In this document: piece by piece, positions 1 to 15,867 of the stretch
Position numbering within the stretch: position 1 is the first letter of the stretch
Layout: each line of letters starts with the position of its first letter
Source: Octopus vulgaris
Lineage: Eukaryota
Assembly (NCBI GenBank): GCA_951406725.2
Contig: OX597814.1
Coordinates: 58,652,001-58,716,000 of the forward strand
Direction: 5' to 3'
DNA length: 64,000 nt
Program-made: the position numbers and the translations under genes
The notes under the pieces: model-generated
Databases searched by the model: none
Told to the model about the DNA's origin: nothing
What the model saw: only the letters and a program-made list of their open reading frames with translations

Positions 1-54
1 TGTTATTAGAATAGATTTGTTTTTGTATGGAGAGCCCGGTGTAGCACGTCCATG

Positions 55-512
<458 letters not shown>

Positions 513-1938
513 TTAGCATTGTAATTAGTAGCCCTGTAGAATTATTAGCATGGTATGCAAGATATAATAGTATCCTTTTTACATTAGGATTTCAGAAAAA
601 GACAAGCTCAGAATCACCGTCACACTGGTGACGAGTGAAGTGATAAATTCAGTTACAGTGAATTACTGTAATCGGAAACCAATATGTTTAAAAATTATTA
701 AAAAATTGATATAAAACTAGATTCAAGAAATATGTATGAGCTACATTATGAAATGTAAATGGATATTGTGTTTAGACTTGGACCACATCTCCAAGCTTTC
801 ATATTTTGTAGACGCGAATATAATAACAAAATCTCCAAATCTGCGACAGTTTTGTTCCCGTGAGTTACAGATAGTGGATGTTCAACTGTATGAAAGAAAA
901 GCACGATCATAATAATAACACAGAATGTGAGAAATGCATGAAAGAGAACAAAACACCGTTTAGCTTGTAAGATGTACTTTATTTACTGTTACATCTTAGT
1001 AAAAACTTAGGTCTTGTTTCTTAAACTTCCATTATCAAGTGAAATATTTCTTCACCCACATGTGTTTATTGTTCATGACATTGAAAATCAATACATGTAT
1101 AGACACAATTATGTATGTATGTATATATGTAATTATGTATGTATGTATGTATGTATGTATGTATGTATGTATGTATGAATGTATGTATGTATGCATATTT
1201 CAATATATAAATCTTTGTATGCGTATATATATATATTCATGAATATACATATATACACTTAAATATAAATTACACATATTTGTACATATACACATATAAG
1301 TACATCCATGCATACATAAAAACATCCAGTTATATATATATATATGTATATATATATGTGTGTGAATGCGTGTGTGTAATAAATATACTTGTGTATGTAT
1401 GTATGACTATACATACACACGTATATATATGTATACATGTGTGTGTGTGGGTGTGGGTGTGATTATATGTATATACACATTTTATACATATTATACATAT
1501 AGCATTTTGTTTACAATTGTAAGATAAAGTAACGTACATTCAAGGAGAAAATTTTTTTTTAAATTGAGGACACATGAAATGTTACATAGGATAAAAAAAA
1601 ATTAGAAATCATCGTTGAAATTCATCTTGTACAATGATTTCTCTTCTATACGCAGTAAACAAGATAAGGGATTTGGTGTGTTGTTCAGTGAACATTAGCT
1701 CCATCTTAGGTGGAATTACCAGCTCAAATTATTCAATATTTGTGTACAAAACTGATACTGAAAATGTTTTACAGATTCATCTCTTTTGAGTATGATTCAT
1801 ATTTTTGAAAATGTTACAGTAGTGTAAACGTGTACAGTTACATAGAATACGCAAGTACATACATGCCTACGCGTATGTATATACACATATATATGTATGC
1901 ATGTATGTATACGTGTACATATACATACATACAAATAT

Positions 1939-1983
<45 letters not shown>

Positions 1984-1999
1984 TCTTTAAATACCTGAA

Positions 2000-3480
2000 T
2001 GTGTTCAAGATTTTTTTTTCTTATTTTCGTATTATCTTATAATTAGTTGTTTTTTTTCACAATTTGCTTGAAACAAAGAATTTCCTAAATTCTTATTTGG
2101 TGTTTCCCGACATTCACAGTTTCAAATTCAAGAACTGAATGCGCATTTGTATTATGTACTAGTTGAATTCTTGTAAACTTTTCCAGGAAAGATATGTTAA
2201 CGTTAGCTTCATACGTTAGGAGTTTCGTATTTGCTTTCTTCAAATCTCTGGCCGTTAGGTTTAATTTTTACCTCAGTATGCATGAATTCGTTGATGTTTT
2301 TATTTTCGTATTTATTTTGATATTGCATTATGATATGAATATGTCTTCCATGATTAGTTTCTCTTTTTGTGGAGTATTCTATAATATTAGCTTCTATTCT
2401 AATACCTAATTTTTTTTTGTCGTGTATTTTTTTATGATAACTCATTGTAAATGCATAGTGAGTCTACGAAAGTGTGTTGTACTAGTATGTCCAATGTAAC
2501 TAATGCCTGAAGTAATGACGTATGCAATTTGGGGTTTTACTGTCAAATTTGGAGATTACAGTACTCATTCATAGATTGATTTCGGGATACCATGCTTGTG
2601 GTGTGTTATTGATAAGGAGGATTTTAGCTTTAGTGTTATTGTAATATATTATTAGTCTATGTTTGAGTGTACTGCATTTGTGTTCCCTTTAACGAGTATT
2701 TTTTTTATCATGCATCCGTCTGTTCAATACTTTATATGCATTTGATGCATATAAAAATGTACGTGTGGTTTGGGACATTTTATTACTTTTCTCTTGTACT
2801 CGTAACTATATTCATTTAAGGCCAGCTACACTAGTCTATTAGAATATCCATAGTTACTTAATGTTTGTAGTCTTTATAGACGCTATTATAAATGCTCATC
2901 CCTGAAGTGATTTTGCTATTAACATCTCATGATTGTGTGAGCAAGCACTGTCTCGTATGTATATATATTTGTTTGATGATTTGGTATATAACAAGGTAAT
3001 GTATCTGCAATTCTTTATCTGTATATATATGTCTAAAAACAGGTTCTCATTTGTATTATTTTGGATGTTATATTATTGAATGGAGGTGTTTCCTAAGTTG
3101 TCCCGTAGCTTCTCAAGTTTCTTCAGTGTATGCATTGCCTCTAGTTTTTCATCTACATATCTGGTGTATATAATGCTTTTATATTTTGATATTATTTACT
3201 TCTCTATTGTGGATAAGAAGAATATTATAAGCGTTGGTGCTGTAAAAAAATACCCCACTAATTAAGAAGATTTAACTTAACTTCAACCAGTGTAAAAGAG
3301 ATAACACGGTCGCTAAGTATATTCAGTTCTTGAAATTGAGAATGTGAATATCTGGAACGTCTGATGCGAATTTAGGAACTATATTTTTTCAAGATATCCG
3401 TAAAAATTACACAGAAAATGAAAACCTCCAAGACAAGGTGGGAAAACTTGAACAAAGCCGTATATTTAATGAAACATGTA
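2000..3480 (-). mobile_element. Decayed Penelope-like retroelement (RT and GIY-YIG remnants)
   Basis: Minus-strand translation gives RT-like TAPTLIIFFLSTIEK..IIYTRYVD (about 3140-3250) and LFLDIYIQIKNCRYITLLYTKSSNKYIY (about 2950-3045). It also gives GIY-YIG-like YIGHTSTTHFRRLTMHL (about 2450-2500). Many stops and frameshifts. Confidence 0.7.
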
Positions 3481-3931
3481 TAAAAGAGAAGCTCTCCCTC
3501 ATATGAATATATATATATATATATGCGTATGGTATACATATATTTAGCATACACATATGTGCATACATTTGTACACGCGTGCACACTCTTTGTATGAGTC
3601 TCATATACTTTTCGTATTTTGTATGGTCGAGAATTAAAATTGAATATAGAATACAAAAATCGCCATTAGTTTCTTTCCTATTCGTGTCTTCCAGAACAAT
3701 CATGTTTCAAATACAAGTATTATTGATAGTTAAACCAACAGTGTCGGTTTATATCCCCCATTTTCAGTGAATATAAGTGGACAGAAGTATAGAGGGGAAA
3801 ACCAATCAAGTGTGTAAGCATGTACACATAAGCAAACGTTTATACACACTTGTCTGTTCACACACGTTTAGACTGTTTTCTTTATTCCTGTCCTAAAATT
3901 GAGAATGAGAGAAGGAAAGATACATTCATTC

Positions 3932-3987
<56 letters not shown>

Positions 3988-4059
3988 AGAGGGAGAGAGA
4001 GAGGGGGCGAGAGAGAGAGAAACAGAGAGAGAATTTGAGTAACAATTTAGTTCGCTCTT

Positions 4060-4440
4060 TTTTCGGAAGCATCCGTACCCGGTCTCTGCTTTGAGGTCAA
4101 GATCCTCTCTTCCCAATGGCCTTCAAAGATAAATGAATAAATACTGTCAGAGGAGCTGTCTTTACTCTTATCAGGGGAGTGGTAAAAAATAAAATAAAAA
4201 CGCTATTGGCTATATTATAGAATTTAGCCTCAGGTCTACTCTGATCTGAATTGGTCGAATAGACACGTGGCGAAAGTGTTGCCAATCCTGAACATCCAGT
4301 AAGGAATGCCAGGGCCGTATTATCCAACGACAAGTTGTTATATGTGAAAGATAAGCAAATCAAGCGACAACTTAGAGGCTCCCATTTTGGCTTGCCTTGC
4401 TTTGTTTGTGTTGGGTAAATGGTGATGGCTGTAAATGATA
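4060..4440 (-). mobile_element. Possible ancient non-LTR retrotransposon RT remnant
   Basis: GC-richer island. The minus-strand peptide IRVKTAPLTVFIHLSLKAI loosely resembles the GVRQGCPLSPLLF.L.LE.L motif. Weak. Confidence 0.3.
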
Positions 4441-5986
4441 TTTGTTTTGTTCGATCTGAGTGGAAAATAAAGTTTGCTTATCATTTACCCAGAGACTCCA
4501 TTATCTGATGCTATTATTCCAAGAATGAGTAGAATGAAGTACATAACGTATTGCACTATTTAGCTACATATCTTTACATTCCGAGCTCAACTCACACTAT
4601 GATCAACATAGCTTTCCACCATTTCCATCGACATATCAGATACCAGTCAAATGCTTTGATTGATATAACTGATATAATCATGCCTCCCACAGCACTGACC
4701 TTAAGCATATGTAAACAAACCATTAATATTATTGTCGTTATTGTTACTGTTATTGTCATTTTTAGGGCAAGAGGTTGTCATTCTCTTTTTTTCCTAAAGA
4801 CATACCAAGCTTGATTTTAAATCAAACTTCTTGTTGTTATTACCAACCCTTCTTTACTACAGGCATTACGAATTTTTTTTCGTATACAAGACTTTGATTC
4901 AAGCGGGTTATTATTCCAGTTTGTAGTTTCTTCATATTTGTAGCTTTATGCTACCCCATATACTATAATTCCATAAACATATTGTAACGTATTTCTTGGA
5001 ATCATATAGGATAAATTATATCTCATACCTATACTCATACTTGTGTAATGTCCCATACATACATTCAAAATAACTTGGTGCACGAAACTGGGAAAGAATA
5101 TATAATTGTACCGGAGTGTATAAAAAGAAAAACAAAAAAACTTTCTGGTTGCTTGATGTAAAGTATTATGGAGCTTACCGCATAAAAGACCTGTTTCTTA
5201 TTTTTCTGTTTGTTTGGTGTGTTTTTGATTTTTTTTTTTTTCGAAGAAATTAATAGCAAACCTTAAACCTCAAATCCAGTCCTTTTATCAGGGGACATAT
5301 TTAAAAGCATAAACATTAAAAGAAAAGCACCAAAAAATAAATACTGAAATGGAAGAACATATAAAATACTTCAGAAAATATGTACAAATCATTTACTAAA
5401 ACAGATGTAAGCTAATAATCATAAAAAAAAAGAAAAAGAAATGTTTAATCGTGTTTTGTCGATTTTTGCGTCAGGTAACATATCTGACTAAATAAAAGCA
5501 TACCATATCCAAGAACAATAACTCTTAAACAATTTCCAAGAGTTATTTCCCTCTGCAAAGTGCAGCAAAAAGCCCCGTTTTTATTTGGTTACGCTAATTA
5601 TATATTAAAGATGTATGACAACGCCAGAGTCATGCAGTTATACATTTGAGTGATAACATGTATGCTTAATTATTTAGATATCATTGACATAAGGATAGTA
5701 GAATTTGGGGACGGTAAATTTGCCAATAGAAACATAATCTATTTATTTCATCTTTACTTTGAATTTTGGTCTAATAATGTATTTTTCTTCTATTACGTAC
5801 ACCAGCCCGTCACTAATAACCCCATAATCAAAGGCATTCTCGCATTGATTCTCCTCTTTGGCTTTTTCTCTTCTTTTTATTACATTTATGTTGCGGCCTG
5901 GATTGCACGATTCAAATCCTGCAATGCAAGCCAATCCATATATGTATACACACACACACACGCGCGCGCATGCACATAAATGTTTA

Positions 5987-6033
<47 letters not shown>

Positions 6034-6045
6034 ATATATATATCC

Positions 6046-6081
<36 letters not shown>

Positions 6082-6110
6082 ATATATATATCCATATACA
6101 TATACATGTA

Positions 6111-6167
<57 letters not shown>

Positions 6168-6554
6168 CATGTATGTATATGTATATATATATAATTAAAT
6201 AGATACATACACACACACATACTCACACACGCATGCACGCAAATACGCATACATACACACACACAGAAGTAGTGAGAACATTTTTGTTTGCACATTGATA
6301 TCTATAAATTCTGAAATAAATCTTCAAGAAACATGCAACAATAAATATAGTTATAACATTGCAATGATAATAACATCCTAGCTCTGTTAAATTTTAGGTG
6401 GCAAACATGGTATACCATTCCTAGTTATATGGGGACCATATTCTATTTAGTTAAAGGATTACTTTTTTTTTCTGATCATTATCAATTTTTACGCTTTGGC
6501 ATATAATGGAGATGCTTTCATCCGTTTCCTTAAAATCTATCCCTGGTATTGGTT

Positions 6555-6720
6555 TGCTGAATGGAACATTAGCATTTCAGGCAAGATGCTTAACGGCATT
6601 TCGTCCGTTCTTTGTATTCTTAGTACAAATTCTGCCGAGGTCGACTTTACATTTCATCCTGTCAGGTCGATGAAATAAGCACCGCACCTCAAAACTTTTG
6701 TCCCTATGCCAAAATTTGAA
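6555..6720 (+). mobile_element. tRNA-derived SINE, family A (degenerate)
   Basis: Contains the recurring core aattctgccgaggtcgacttt..tttcatcc..ggtcgat..aataag seen in many copies in this window. Confidence 0.75.
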
Positions 6721-6734
6721 ATCATTATCATTTT

Positions 6735-6997
<263 letters not shown>

Positions 6998-8608
6998 AGA
7001 ATATTTATAATAATAAGTAGTAGTCATTAATTAATGAAACAAGTAATTTTTAAGTTCTGTTTTTTTGTTTTTTGTTTCTTTTTCTTATACGTTGCTCCAG
7101 CCATGACCGAAACAACTAAAATATCATGTTCTGACATTAACCTATCTCTACACACGTGCACGCAAACATTCTCTCTAGGTTCTGTCTGTCTATCGCTACC
7201 CCCTCTCTCTCTTTCTCTTTCTCTTTCTCTCTGTTACTCTGTCCGTCTGTACGTTTGTTGTCTGTGTCTCGTTTTCTCACCAACACCCTCCACGCAACAC
7301 TTTCTTACCTAATATCATACACTTCCGTATTTCAATCTATCTACAAGCATATATTCTATTTAAATTCTCACCCTATGTATGTGGCTTTATGTGATTATGC
7401 AAATCAAGGTGTAAAGACATAAATACCAATATACATACATACATACATACATACATACATACATAATACGTACGTACATGCATACATACATACATGTGTG
7501 TGTTTGTGTCGGTTTAAGCATGTGTGTGCGGGCGTGAATGAGTTGACTATATTAATTCCCAAAATTAATAAATAATTCACTTCCTATTGAAAGCGTTAGA
7601 TGTTTCCTAACGTTCGATCCCTGCAAGTCCTTCGACCTCTACTACATACATAAGGGCATACTCATCCAATCATAGACACAATCGCACGCGTGCGTGCATG
7701 TTGTCAATGGCGAGTGAATTGAAATAATAATTCTACAGCATTGCCTGCTTTGAATATATAAATTTTAAACAATACCGGGTTTTTCTGTGTAACTATGCCT
7801 TTAAGTGTTATTTACGTCCATATATGTTTAACCCAACCCTCTCTCTCACACACTGTATACACACATGAATAGTGATTCTCTCTCTCTCTCTCTCTCTCAC
7901 GTCCACACACATTTACACAGAGAAAAACATTTATAAATACGAAGGAAATGAAATTTTCTTTCAATGGAAGGAAATAAAATCGTAGCAGTTTTGATGTTCA
8001 ACCTGGTTCCCGGGAGCCTTTATTCTGTTACTTGGGCCATTTCACCCCTTTCGGGATACTTCCTGTTTCCCAACAGTAACTAAATCCCTGAGGTTATAAT
8101 AATCTTTGAATCTGCCATTTCTTCCATGATTAAATGTTAAAAGAAATTTTGAAACTTTGAGAAAAGGGAAGATAATTTCGAATATTAAGTATAAATTTCA
8201 TAGCGTACTTAATGTTCATACCTTGATGGAAATTTAATCATTGTTAACAGCCTAACTGACAACAGAGGGCATGATTTAAATTTATTCTGCGTTATGACTA
8301 GATCTAAATTTGTTTTGACTAAGAGTGTCGGAACAAAGGATTTGCAATAACTATTCTGGTTCATTACGTTGTGTGTTCAAATACCACAGAGCATAATTTT
8401 TGCCTTACATCTCACCAAACTCAGTAGTCAATTTAATCGACTCCCCTCCTCCCTTCCTCCACTAAAATCTGACGTTGTCTAACTTAGAAATGATTCAAAC
8501 GTTTTTTTTTTCAAGCTTGCTTTGATCATGGGGCAATATACTTAAAGGTTAGAAAAGAATTGGATTGATCTTTTATGATTTTAGTTTATGAAATGTCCCA
8601 AACACATT

Positions 8609-8981
8609 CTTTCCTACTCTAGGCATAAAGCCCGAAGTTTTGGGGGTAAGGGGCCAGTCGATTCTATTGACTCCAGTACTCAGCTGGTATTTGATTTATC
8701 TACCCCGAAAGGATGAAAGGCAAAGTCGACCTCGGCGGAATTTGAACTCGGAACGTAAAGACAGACGAAATACCTATTTCTTTACTACCCACAAGGGGCT
8801 AAACACAGAGAGGACAAACAAGGACAGACAAACGGATTAAGTCGATTATATCGACCCAAGGCGTAACTGGTACTTAATTTATCGGCCCCGAAAGGATGAA
8901 AGGCAAAGTCGACATCGGTGGAATTTGAATTCAGAACGTAACGGCAGACGAAATACAGCTACGCATTTCGCCCGGCGTGCT
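8609..8981 (-). mobile_element. Two head-to-tail SINE family A copies
   Basis: ccccgaaaggatgaaaggcaaagtcgac.tcgg.ggaatttgaa.tc.gaacgtaa occurs twice (about 8703 and 8886). A B-box-like gagttcaaattcc is present on the minus strand. Confidence 0.85.
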
Positions 8982-9044
8982 TATATTTTGTGAAATTTGA
9001 ATTTTTCCCTGTAAGTTTGGAATCATATTCCCTCATATTATAAT

Positions 9045-9077
<33 letters not shown>

Positions 9078-9111
9078 CTGTGTGTGTGTGTGTGTGTGCG
9101 TGCGTGCGCGC

Positions 9112-9148
<37 letters not shown>

Positions 9149-9424
9149 TAGTATGTATATACATCTATATGCTTAGAAATTTGTGTGTATATAAGAAACT
9201 TGCATAGTATAACTATGGCATGATTAGATTTGTTTCCTTGCAATACGCCTAATATACCGCTAACGGTGTAAGTTATAGTCATACTATTGCAACGCACTGG
9301 TGAAGATAACATTCCAGTCGAGGATAAGAAATCCTATTCAGTGCTATTAATTGTAAGCCGAAATAAACAATTTTTTTTTTGGGGGGGGCGGTAAAAATTC
9401 GATTCTTATTTTCATAATATTGAT

Positions 9425-9630
9425 TTCAAATTTAGGCTGAAGGCCAGTAATTTTAGGGGAAGGGCTAGGTCGATTACGTCGTCCGCAGTATTTATTTTAT
9501 CGATCAGGTACTTATTTTATCGATCCCGAAAGTTTGGAAGGAAAAGTTGATCTCAGTTGAATTTCAACTCAGAACGCGAGAAAGTAAGTATTTTAACCAG
9601 CGTATCTATTGACACTGCCAGCTCACCGCC
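9425..9630 (-). mobile_element. SINE family A (degenerate)
   Basis: Ends in tgccagctcaccgcc, the reverse complement of the 5' head ggcggtgagctggca; core partly conserved. Confidence 0.7.
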
Positions 9631-11296
9631 CCTCCTATCTCCATAATATTTTGTGGTAATATGAACCGTCTTATTAAATTCTGTTTGAATTTTTAAATTT
9701 CAGCTATCATATATCTAAGGTTTCTAAGAACAATTGTTAAACTTAACCACTTTCTTATCAATTTAGATGATTCATTACTAATAACAGATGTTGACATATT
9801 TGAAGATATTTGATGTCCTTCAGGCTGTATATAGATATAACATACATGTTAAAATATGCTGTATTTTATAAAGACCTCATTAGCAACTCTAGTTTAGCCC
9901 ATCTTTATATATTAATGCTCTTTACAAATTTAACAAATTATTTTTGCATATGCTATTTAAATTGCAAGTTGCTTAAGTGATAACATGATTTCTTAGTACG
10001 AAGTTTAGAACATTTGACTTCTTTTTTAATAGTTATAATAAACAGAATGTTTTTAAAGACGTTCATGACTGCATGATAGCAAAGAAATATTAAGGAAATG
10101 AATTTACTGCATCGATTGCTCGTTGCATAGATTTTCTCATATATTCTAACGTTATACGAAAGCTTTCACCGAATTGTAAATATCTTGGCAGGTAATAAAC
10201 CGTGCAAGGTTAAATGATTAATAATGTGATTCAAATAAGAAGTTTACTTATCAGTGGAACATTTTTCAGAGACATAAATCTGCAAAAGTCAATATTTATT
10301 CGTCGAACATACAGTAAACTAACGTAGATTTAAGAGGACAATTTGGAAGAAAGTGTCTACTAGTAGTTCGAAGAGGCGAAATGAGAAACTATAGCCAGTT
10401 AAATTTCTCTTTGAAGAAGATTAACTTTTTAAAATATTCATGAGAATATTTATATAAAACAAACTAAAACTTCACAACCTATTGTTATAAACAACAATTA
10501 TGGTCATTTGTTTTTATATAGGCTATTTAAATGCATTTTAAAAAGATATATTTCACTTTTGAAACAAAATTTTCGAAGAAAAAAAAACATATAAAAAACA
10601 AAAACAAAACAATCTATTCTTTGGCAACTCATTAAAATTTTTGATAACATTTAACTCGGAAACTTCACAGAAGAAAAGCGAAAACTGATATTTAGAGACT
10701 TTTTACATCTTATATGTAATTATTTCATCGATAAGTTTAATGCATTTTATAGTAGAATAAAGGTAACTAAAACGCTTATACTCTTTTAGATTAAACTTCT
10801 TAAAGCATTTAACGGAAAATAACTACAATACTTTTTACCAGTTTTTCAGGTTAAAAAGCAGTAATGACATCACTGAAAAGTTTTCCAGCTATGCTAACGA
10901 TTTATTGTTCCTGTCAACAGTACATAAAACATACTGGTCGAGGTTGTTCATTTATTGTATTTAACCGTCTAATTATATCCTATTTGTAGTGATTTTATTT
11001 TTAACTATCTACCTTATGACAATTAAGATACGCATTTGGTCATAAGTTTAAAACGTTTTGGCAAGTTGAAGTCGTAATTATACAAATTCACATTAATATT
11101 AATTTGAGAAAGCTGATTATTTTGGACCCCGTTTCTTTCATCTGTGAGAGGATTTCCCAATTTCGAGGTGAATTAACAATTATATTATCGTCGTCTTCAA
11201 AACAAATGGAACATACATTCTTGATATTCATATACCTTTTTCGTTTTACATCCATACAACTTCTCCTGCGTTCGTTAGTAAATCCCTGTATCACAG

Positions 11297-11388
<92 letters not shown>

Positions 11389-11529
11389 GGATAGATACTT
11401 AGTCAGATAGATTGACAGATAGATAGCTTGTGGGCTAATGTTATTTTTAAGAATAGAAAATTTGTAAACACATTACTGACAGTATGGACTATTTAACATG
11501 TAACGCTTGCAATACCTTCATATTCTAAA

Positions 11530-11740
11530 GGTAAGCTGGCAGAATCATCAGCACATTAGACGAAATCCTTAGTGATATTTCATCTGGCTTTACATTTTGA
11601 GTTTAAATTCCACCCTGGCCGAATTCATCTTCCATTCTTTCGGTGTCGATAAAATAAATATTAGCTAAGTCATGGGGTTGATATAATCGGCTTAACCCAT
11701 CCCCCAAGATTCCTGGCCTTGTGCCAAAATCTGAAACCAG
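11530..11740 (+). mobile_element. SINE family A (degenerate)
   Basis: ggtaagctggcagaatc...ttttgagtttaaattccacc...tccattctttcggtgtcgataaaataa. Confidence 0.7.
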
Positions 11741-12057
11741 TATATTCTTCATATTCCCGCAAGAAAACAAGAAAACTACTGTTTTATGTTTAAAGATATG
11801 TAGTTAAACTGCAGCAAAATATCAGGAAAAGAAATTTAAGTGTTGCCGTTGTGTGGATGTTGATAAAGAGCATTGAAAAATCCAGCATTCGGTGATAGGC
11901 CAGCAGGGTTATCAAAATACATTTTGCAAAGCATAATATATCAAGTAATATGACATACACACACACACTTATGTATGTATGTATGTATGTATGTATGTAT
12001 GTATGTATGTATGTATGTATGTATGTATGTATGTATGTATGTATGTATGTATGTATG

Positions 12058-12088
<31 letters not shown>

Positions 12089-12209
12089 TTAATTAATTAA
12101 AATCTTAGGCTAGCAAGAATATTCATCGAAAAATTCTTAGTTACCAGTGGTCTAGCGAAAAAGTTAGTCAATAGACTATGTTATTCAGAGAAGAATACAG
12201 TGTACGTTC

Positions 12210-12322
12210 AAACACAAAAGAGATACCCGAAGAATAGGATATCTGACTCGCTAGAGTGGCTTGGAGTTTTAACTGCTCTTTCTAGCGAGTCAGATATCCT
12301 ATTCTTCGAGTATCTCTGTTGT

Positions 12323-12326
<4 letters not shown>
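12210..12326. repeat. Near-perfect inverted repeat (about 46-bp arms, 25-nt spacer)
   Basis: aaacacaaaagagatacccgaagaataggatatctgactcgctaga pairs with tctagcgagtcagatatcctattcttcgagtatctctgttgtgttt, with 2 mismatches. Confidence 0.9.
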
Positions 12327-12419
<93 letters not shown>

Positions 12420-14407
12420 CAGGGCTTTTGAAAATAAACAAAAGACGAATAGGTGGAAAACAAACGAACAATTGTATTATATGGCGCTAGGAAATATAAA
12501 TAATACAATCTATATACATAAATATATATACATACGCATATTCCTCCATTTATGTATGCGAGTGTATATATACAACATACATATAGATTCACTCAAACAC
12601 ATCAACGTAAATTGTCTATAATATTTGCTATGTAAAGTGTAATTAACGTATGTTCAATTGTCTTTTTCGTCTCTGGTCGTCAATAGAAATGACATTTGGG
12701 ATTAATTTGTACTACCTACGCTTCATTATCTTGCCAATGTGCAATTTTACATATACCTAAACAATGAGGAATCAAACTTGGCCCCAAACAAATTATGTAC
12801 ATATGTTTTGCCTAGATACCAATGCTTCAACAAAGAGCAAACAAAGTTGGAACTAGAACGGATTATATACATGTGCTTGACCAAAACAAATGATTGTTTC
12901 AGGTTATTTTCTTTAGATTTTGTAAATCACTCGAGTCTTGGGCACTTGGAAGACGTCTTTGTTCATAATAGTTTTTGTTATAACGACGAGTAATTACTCT
13001 CGAGAGCAATAAAACTGCTCCTCTTAAATTGAGACAGATTATAGATATTGAGAGGTAGAGAGAGAGAAAACAAAGCATGAATATGCATATATATGTATAT
13101 GTGTGTAGGCATGTATGTACATAAGAACAAATAAATACATCTGTAGAAATATTGATTGTTGGCTACAAGCCGACTGTTATGATTGCCTTTCTCTCAAAGC
13201 GGGTGAGCAAGCTTTAATTTTAGCACCATACACCGATTATGATTTTGTTCTATTCGGTTTGGAGGATTAACATTAACAGTCTACTTAAAGTTCCATTAAT
13301 TTACTGCAGCCATTCCGAGTGTAAATTTATAGATACAACATGAGGAGAAAGAATACCTCCGTGGCTGATATAAACTAAAGATACTTACGTTTTAGACACA
13401 AATCATTGAAACACAAGTCACAGATTTCAAAATTTATCTTATTTGTTGTAAGTTATTTGTCCTCTGATGTAGCATATCTTAAATGAAAATATATATTTAT
13501 ATAATGTATATATGACTGAGTACAGGTAAATATGCACACACTCATACATATGTATGTTACAGCATTGAATATCTAAATAGATTTTGTTTAGCTAAATGTT
13601 CGAGTCTGAATGTTTCTGCCATTGCTTGACTATATATTCATGTAAATCGTAATTAAATTCATTCTAACTAATACCTTATTGATTATTATGAGTGTACGCG
13701 TGTGCATGCGTACATGTGTTCATGCAAGAATGAATACATCTCTTTGTATCTGAATTGTGCGTGTGCTTTTCTTTTTAACTGTTTAAGTGTCATGATTGCT
13801 TTTTATCAGTAGGCGACAAATTTTCATTCAGAAAGATTTGGGATTTTGCGCATAATTTACATCAACCCAGTAATTATGGGAAATGCTTATCATCATTGTA
13901 ATGCTGCAATTGTAACAAATATCCCGCCATTTCTATTAGCTAATATAATATTTATCTTAGGCGGGTGACAAAGACAACCCCTAGAACTTTCACATTATCA
14001 TATTTGTTAATAACGGGGTATATATTCCAAAGTCTATAATTAATACAAATGAAAAATATATAAACAATATAAAGAAACTTCTTTCAATAATATTTTAAAG
14101 AAAGATTTAAGCGTAGCAAAGTCTAGAATTCTATTTAGAATTTCAAATCTAAGTTGAATTGTTTGTTTTAATGAAAAGCAATATATTTTAAAATTTTATC
14201 TTCAACCTTTGATTCATCTTCATAACTAGATATCCTTCCTTGTGTTCCCATTATCGATACATATTCCCATCGAGTGACAAAAAATTGAGTGTTTGATATA
14301 GATTGTAAGACGAAGGGTATACCTAGAGTGACCAAACTGTAGTGACCAATATTTCTCAGGACAAACCAGGTAGTCAACTAAATGCTGTAAGAGCAATGTG
14401 TCTCACA

Positions 14408-14445
<38 letters not shown>

Positions 14446-15000
14446 AAGCGCTAATTATTTTTAAAGCCTCGAATCTTGTATAACTTTATAGAGTTAACAC
14501 TCATTAGAAAATTAAGATTTAAGTAAGAAAGTTCTCAAATTTGAAAGATATTCGAAATTTTTGTAAATTGTTTTTCAAAAAATAATTTTAGTAAAGCTTG
14601 TTAGTGATTCTTACAACTATTTTTTTTCTGTTGTTTTGAAAAACAGCATCTATTCAGTGTTGCCAATAAAACATTAGACTAATATCATGTCACATTTTTG
14701 AGGAGAACCCTCATAATTATCTATTAAATCACTGTATATTATTTGTCATTTTGTCAATATTTGCTGCATATAGTAAGCTTCACATAGCCGAAAATTGTCT
14801 CGCTTTTTGCAAGAAATCAGAATATCTTACTAATTCTGTATATTCAACGACAAAATTAACAAATAGTCCCGTTTTTAACTCCAAGATATATGGTCACATT
14901 TGTTATATCACTTATCCGTATTGCCACCTTTAACAAACACAAGTCATTATCACTGCGAATTAATTGTGAATTTTGTCCATTTTTAAAATCCTTATACGAG

Positions 15001-15387
15001 TCAACTGATAAGACTCTCAGTTGAATGAGGAGCTTTGAACATGACAATACAGGTGATAAGTATTGTAACGCATACGAAGATAGTGAGGAACAGACGATCA
15101 ACTATCTGCGCCACCTGCTGCCATTCCAGTTTTATAACATCTCTGCGGTCTTGTTCCGCGAGACGTATTTCGTTTCGCTCTATCGTTTGATAAACTTTTG
15201 TAAGGACTCTTTTGAACTGTCTCTCAAAGTCATCACTTGAATGTGTGGGCGACGTTAAGCGACTTTGCAAACCGCGCAGCCGACTGAATCTGGGCGACAG
15301 AATACCGCCATTGCTGGTTTCTAGATCCCCGTGAAAGCGTGTTTCTCGAATCATCGATTGTTGCTGGCTAAGTGTGGGATTCATTTC
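15001..15387 (-). CDS. Terminal coding exon of a nicotinic acetylcholine receptor-like Cys-loop channel subunit (end of intracellular loop, MA helix, M4)
   Basis: Peptide ...RRDVIKLEWQQVAQIVDRLFLTIFVCVTILITCIVMFKAP matches the nAChR EW..VA.V.DR + M4 signature. Pyrimidine-rich acceptor ctctctag|GAA ATG (AG at 15389-15388), phase 0. TGA at 15003-15001. Confidence 0.93.
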   Translation of the reverse strand, partial: EMNPTLSQQQSMIRETRFHGDLETSNGGILSPRFSRLRGLQSRLTSPTHSSDDFERQFKRVLTKVYQTIERNEIRLAEQDRRDVIKLEWQQVAQIVDRLFLTIFVCVTILITCIVMFKAPHSTESLIS

Positions 15388-15626
15388 CTAGAGAGAGATT
15401 GAGCAAAAAAGAAAGACAAAAATACAAGAAATTAGTCATTAGCAAATACTACATGGAAAAGATAGTGTTAAACGAAGAAACAATAAAACTGAAAATTGTC
15501 TGTTGAAACAACAATGATAACGGTAGCAAAATCAACAACAATAATTTCCACAAGTAATCAGCATTAGTCGCTACCACACCAAGAACTGAACTACAACAGT
15601 AGCAACAAGCAAAATAACAACAACTG

Positions 15627-15687
<61 letters not shown>

Positions 15688-15798
15688 AATATTGGTTTTT
15701 GTAACAGCAACACAGATACAAAAGAAAACAGTTGCAGTAGTATAAATCTGCCATTAAGAACAACAGCATCAACTGCAGGATAAGCACTGTAACAAAGC

Positions 15799-15867
<69 letters not shown>

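Noticed and set aside
9650-15000. Defining the receptor 3' UTR and poly(A) site
   Set aside because: The region is relatively repeat-poor and UTR-like, but AATAAA matches are too common in AT-rich DNA to choose among.
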